Below, piece after piece: positions 7,295-10,092 of a DNA stretch of 10,092 nt (positions within the stretch are counted from its first letter, which is position 1; each line of letters opens with the position of its first letter). The DNA is from Candidatus Methylomirabilia bacterium (lineage in GTDB: Bacteria; Methylomirabilota; Methylomirabilia; Rokubacteriales; CSP1-6): the NCBI GenBank assembly GCA_041492755.1, contig JBGPXN010000169.1, positions 1 to 10,092 of the forward strand, written 5' to 3'. Both the position numbers and the translations under genes were made by a program. The notes beneath the pieces were generated by a model. It was not told where the DNA came from, ran no database searches, and saw nothing but the letters and a program-made list of their open reading frames with translations.

Positions 7295-7576
7295 CTACGC
7301 ATCGTTCGCGCCGGGCGTCTCGCCGGCCCAAGTTGGACGTTGCACCCACTTCTGCCCTTCCGGATCGTCGACGCCCTCCTCGTGTGGACATCCGATGATT
7401 CCGGCGCTGAGGACGACGGTCTTTACTTGATGGGCCGCCATGAACGCGAGCGCGGCTCCGCAGATCTCTTGGTCGAATCGGACGGCGGAATCGCTAGGGT
7501 TCCAGCGCTCGAGGGCGTCGGGTTCGTCTCCCTCTTTCAGAATGACGCCCATGGCCATCCGGGTCGCCCTGTCCAC
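7295..7576 (-). pseudogene. Hypothetical protein, probably 5'-truncated and degenerate (IIGCPHEEG family)
   Basis: The 93-aa frame contains IIGCPHEEGVDDPEG. From memory, this belongs to a hypothetical family that normally continues into a CxxC; here it reads WVQRPTW. It overlaps the upstream ORF by 83 bp and has no clear RBS. Confidence 0.45.
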
Positions 7577-7850
7577 GCAAGGCGTTGCAGATCATGTCAT
7601 GCAACCGTCCGAACGGAACGGTGGCGTATTCCCCTCCGGAGAGGACGAGCAGCGGGCGGACGTACTCCTGTGGCGAGCGATCCGTTCCTTTGGGCGTCGC
7701 CTCCGTGACGAAGACCACGGCACGCAGCGTTCGGCCATCGTCATCTGGCGGGACGGCGACGGCGGGCGGCAGAAAGCCGGCGTACGGGTCCTCTTTACTG
7801 GCTCGGCCAAATGTCGACGTGCCGATGTGTGCCGGAACGCCCTGGGCCAT
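7494..7850 (-). CDS. Hypothetical protein, probably 3'-truncated or chimeric
   Basis: 118 aa from ATG 7850. A protein-like core (AVVFVTEATPKGTDRSPQEYVRPLLVLSGGEYATVPF...ICNALRG) is followed by an Arg/Gly-rich out-of-frame-looking tail from about 7575. Confidence 0.55.
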   Translation of the reverse strand: MAQGVPAHIGTSTFGRASKEDPYAGFLPPAVAVPPDDDGRTLRAVVFVTEATPKGTDRSPQEYVRPLLVLSGGEYATVPFGRLHDMICNALRGQGDPDGHGRHSERGRRTRRPRALEP

Positions 7851-7868
7851 GACCTCTATCCACTCGCA

Positions 7869-7896
7869 GCCGGTCCGCTCCAGTCGGTGGTGAAGC
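7869..7896 (-). other. Degenerate attC-like 5' half (R''-5-L'')
   Basis: GCTTCAC-CACCG-ACTGGAGC-GGACCGGC begins 7 nt after the ASCH stop. R'' is a 6/7 match to RYYYAAC. No L'/R' half was found. Confidence 0.35.
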
Positions 7897-7903
7897 AGTT
7901 CTA

Positions 7904-8377
7904 TCAATCGCACGTTGGGTAGACGACCTTGAACTGCTCACACACTACAGGCATCTGCTGGTTCGGCTCCCTGCCAATACGCTGGCACTCTCTGGAGAAG
8001 TACCGCCAGTGAACTTGCCGCCAGTAGCGCAGAGTCTTGTCGCCTTCGCCTTCGGTTGCGGCAAAGCTGTCACTGACGCTGTCGAACAGGATAATCTCGA
8101 CGTGAGTAGATTGGATGACGCACAGTGGAGGGCCTCGCCAATCGGTTACCACGCTGAGAGCGCCAATATTGGGGAGCGGCTTGTTGGTGAGCTCGTTGGT
8201 CCAGAGCAGACCCGCGGTCGCACGTTTCTGGCCTGACAGGACGAGAGCACCGAGGGCGTTTGCGGTCCGCTCGTCGTCGTCGAAGTGAAACGCCTCGTAG
8301 AACGGTGGTGAAGCGTCGTACGCGATTGAAGCCTGAAACTTGCCCCAGAACGGCTGAATGGTCTGCGGAACTTCCAT
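7904..8377 (-). CDS. ASCH domain-containing protein
   Basis: 157 aa from ATG 8377 with GGAG upstream. It has LVLSGQKRATA (GxKxAT), FAATEGEGD and VVCEQF. Codon third positions are visibly more A/T-rich than in the central cluster. Confidence 0.88.
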   Translation of the reverse strand: MEVPQTIQPFWGKFQASIAYDASPPFYEAFHFDDDERTANALGALVLSGQKRATAGLLWTNELTNKPLPNIGALSVVTDWRGPPLCVIQSTHVEIILFDSVSDSFAATEGEGDKTLRYWRQVHWRYFSRECQRIGREPNQQMPVVCEQFKVVYPTCD

Positions 8378-8382
8378 CACGG

Positions 8383-8402
8383 GCTCCAGCGTCGAGTTCG
8401 GC
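8383..8402 (-). other. attC-like 5' half (R''-5-L'')
   Basis: GCCGAAC-TCGAC-GCTGGAGC has canonical attC 5' spacing, then breaks off 5 nt before the ASCH ATG. Confidence 0.45.
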
Positions 8403-8475
8403 GTCCCGACGATCTCACCGCAGGCGAGCCATCGCCACCCATCCGACGACAACTCGCACGACCGGGGAGCGTTCT

Positions 8476-9369
8476 TCATGCACCGACCGCAACCTCGGTT
8501 GGGCGACCTCTCGGGAAGCTCATGACGACTGGCGGCACTCCGAACGCCTCGTCGCTGTCATACGCTTCGCGCAGTGTCCGCCAGTCGGGCTCCGGATCCG
8601 CGATCAGCGCCGCAAGCGTATCGATCCGAGCGGCGGCCTCCTCGCTCACCGGGATCCCCGGCCTCATGTTCCGCGATATCCCCCAGTAGTCCCACGGCAG
8701 CATTTCGCGCTTGTTGAGGGCGCCGAGATCGCGCACCACGCTGCCAGCCACGAACCATACACCGGCGATGCCGACGGACGACACACCGCACTTCGCCGAA
8801 TCTATCCGACCGGAGCGCACGTCGCGCCACGCGCGCCCCGCGGTGACAAACCGATCGCGGGGGACGTCGCACGGATCGAAGGCAACTCCGAAGTGGCGAC
8901 GTACGCCTGGCGTCAGCTCCGAGTCCATCAGCCGCCAGCGGGCGCCGTTCCAGTACTCCGTGATCCAGTGGTCATCGTAGAAGCCCGGTTCGAAGTAGTT
9001 GGCGAAGCCAACACGGACGCGAGCCGGCACACCGTAGTGTCGGAACGCACTGCACGCGAGGAGTGCGTAGTGACGGCAAGCCCCGATGAATCGATTCTCC
9101 GGGGGACGAGCCGTGGCGAGTGACCCCGGGCCGCGCGCAAGTATCTGCCTGAGCATCTCAGGGAGCCGCCGGATCTCTACGTCGCCCGCGCTGTCGGGTG
9201 GACAGACAACGGCAAGCGGCGCGACGTACGCTGTGTCCAGGATCAGCCCAGCTACGACATCGAGAAGCCGTCGCGGATCCTTAGGCAGCGCGTCGAGGAG
9301 CTCACGCAGGTCTGCTGGATCGGACTCGACGCTCTGGCTGGCATAGTAGCGAGCTTCGTCCGGCGTCAT
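8476..9369 (-). CDS. Transglutaminase-like domain protein
   Basis: 297 aa from ATG 9369 with RBS GGAGG. The putative Cys-His-Asp triad lies in GACRHY, DHWITEYW and WRLMD; the GVPARVRVGF motif and C-terminal EMLPWDYWG are present. Confidence 0.9.
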   Translation of the reverse strand: MTPDEARYYASQSVESDPADLRELLDALPKDPRRLLDVVAGLILDTAYVAPLAVVCPPDSAGDVEIRRLPEMLRQILARGPGSLATARPPENRFIGACRHYALLACSAFRHYGVPARVRVGFANYFEPGFYDDHWITEYWNGARWRLMDSELTPGVRRHFGVAFDPCDVPRDRFVTAGRAWRDVRSGRIDSAKCGVSSVGIAGVWFVAGSVVRDLGALNKREMLPWDYWGISRNMRPGIPVSEEAAARIDTLAALIADPEPDWRTLREAYDSDEAFGVPPVVMSFPRGRPTEVAVGA

Positions 9370-9483
9370 CGCGATCCTCCGTCTGCTGGAACGGGCCTCC
9401 CTGGCCTGTGGCACCTCGGGCCGGATCTTCCCCCCGGGGAGGAGCGCGTGAAGCCTTCCATCACTTGGGTCACTCCGTCGTAC

Positions 9484-9532
9484 GCCGAACGCATGCTTCA
9501 GCCGCCGGCGCAGCCGGAAGCAGAAGTTCGCC
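9484..9532 (-). other. Short attC-like site (49 bp)
   Basis: The minus strand reads GGCGAAC-TTCTG-CTTCCGGC-(10 nt)-GCTGAAG-CATGC-GTTCGGC, an R''/L''/L'/R' layout with one extra base in L''. It is shorter than typical attC, has a 5-nt L'-R' spacer, and lies 30 nt after a stop codon. Confidence 0.5.
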
Positions 9533-9562
9533 AGTCGCCACTCACCGTTGCGCTGCGCGAGC

Positions 9563-9769
9563 TCAGGCACTGGCCTTCAATTCACCAGGATGAAGGGAGA
9601 GGTACTCGCGCACCTCGAGCTGCATCCGGTCGATCTCGGCGAGGAACCCGGATGCCGACAGGTGGTAGTTGGCGGGATTGGTTTCCGCTTTGCGGAGCTG
9701 GGTTACCTGAGTCTGGAGATGGCGAATTCGCTCGAGCGTGGTGCTGAGCTCTTGGTCGTTGCTGATCAT
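9563..9769 (-). CDS. Small alpha-helical hypothetical protein (68 aa), translationally coupled to the upstream nucleotidyltransferase-like gene
   Basis: ATGA start/stop overlap at 9769-9766 with RBS GGGGAGG (9780-9774). The sequence MISNDQELSTTLERIRHLQTQVTQLRK...FLAEIDRMQLEVREYL has coiled-coil-like periodicity. Confidence 0.8.
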   Translation of the reverse strand: MISNDQELSTTLERIRHLQTQVTQLRKAETNPANYHLSASGFLAEIDRMQLEVREYLSLHPGELKASA

Positions 9770-10092
9770 GATGCCTCCCCACGCGTGACTTGGACGATGC
9801 CCCTCCGGCCACCGCCGCGCTTGACTTGCCAGAATTCTACCGCGGCCTGCTCGTTCGGCCACGCCGCCAGTCGCCGGAGCCAGAACACGCTGGCGCCGAA
9901 GTGCGCTTGCGCGGCACCGTGATCAAAGAGAAGCGGCGCCTCGCCGCGCAGCTGGGACGCCTCGAAGGCGTCGGCCATGACCAGGAGGATATCGACGTCG
10001 TTGGGCTCGCTCTTGCTCGTAACGAACGACCCGAAGATCACGAATCGCGCCAGGTGGCCGGTCGCTTGGGCTACGCGGTGGACGCGTGCGAG
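9766..10092 (-). CDS. DUF6932-like pol-beta-superfamily nucleotidyltransferase (5' partial)
   Basis: The frame is open from the window edge (LARVHRVAQATGHLARFVIFGSFVTSKSEPNDVDILLV...). The GS-x9-DVD signature matches the NTase hG[GS]x9-13Dh[DE]h motif; the C-terminus reads KRGGGRRGIV. Confidence 0.8.
   Translation of the reverse strand, partial: LARVHRVAQATGHLARFVIFGSFVTSKSEPNDVDILLVMADAFEASQLRGEAPLLFDHGAAQAHFGASVFWLRRLAAWPNEQAAVEFWQVKRGGGRRGIVQVTRGEAS

Noticed and set aside
9370..9570. 67-aa N-terminal extension of the transglutaminase-like ORF
   Set aside because: It crosses the attC-like site and overlaps the upstream gene end. A strong GGAGG supports ATG 9369.
9770..9862. Longer 99-aa version of the small helical protein
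   Set aside because: It overlaps the NTase gene. The RBS and ATGA coupling support a start at 9769.
1..10092. CRISPR array, tRNA/rRNA, intact integron integrase, reverse transcriptase
   Set aside because: I saw no regularly spaced repeats, no recognisable structural RNA gene, and no tyrosine-recombinase or RT motifs in the listed ORFs or the intergenic frames I read.

Overview
GC-rich bacterial DNA in which every credible gene is on the minus strand. The centre (634-6328) is an intact four-gene catabolic/redox cluster: CocE/NonD serine hydrolase, MDR-family alcohol dehydrogenase with an altered catalytic-zinc site, 2Fe-2S small subunit, and Tat-signalled molybdopterin large subunit (IorA/IorB-like, no FAD subunit). 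A double-hairpin REP-like element lies inside the cluster. The right flank (about 6380-10092) is a mosaic of unrelated accessory genes and fragments: a partial DUF6932-like nucleotidyltransferase coupled to a 68-aa helical protein, a transglutaminase-like protein, an ASCH protein, two truncated and joined hypotheticals, a SAM methyltransferase and a CMD/AhpD fragment. Three attC-like remnants lie between these genes. The left flank (1-530) holds a sigma70-like promoter, an attI-like simple site, and a BrnT toxin 5' fragment cut by an IS3-like element that runs off the window edge. No integron integrase is present, so both flanks look like decayed integron material. All family assignments come from motif recognition by eye, not from database searches.
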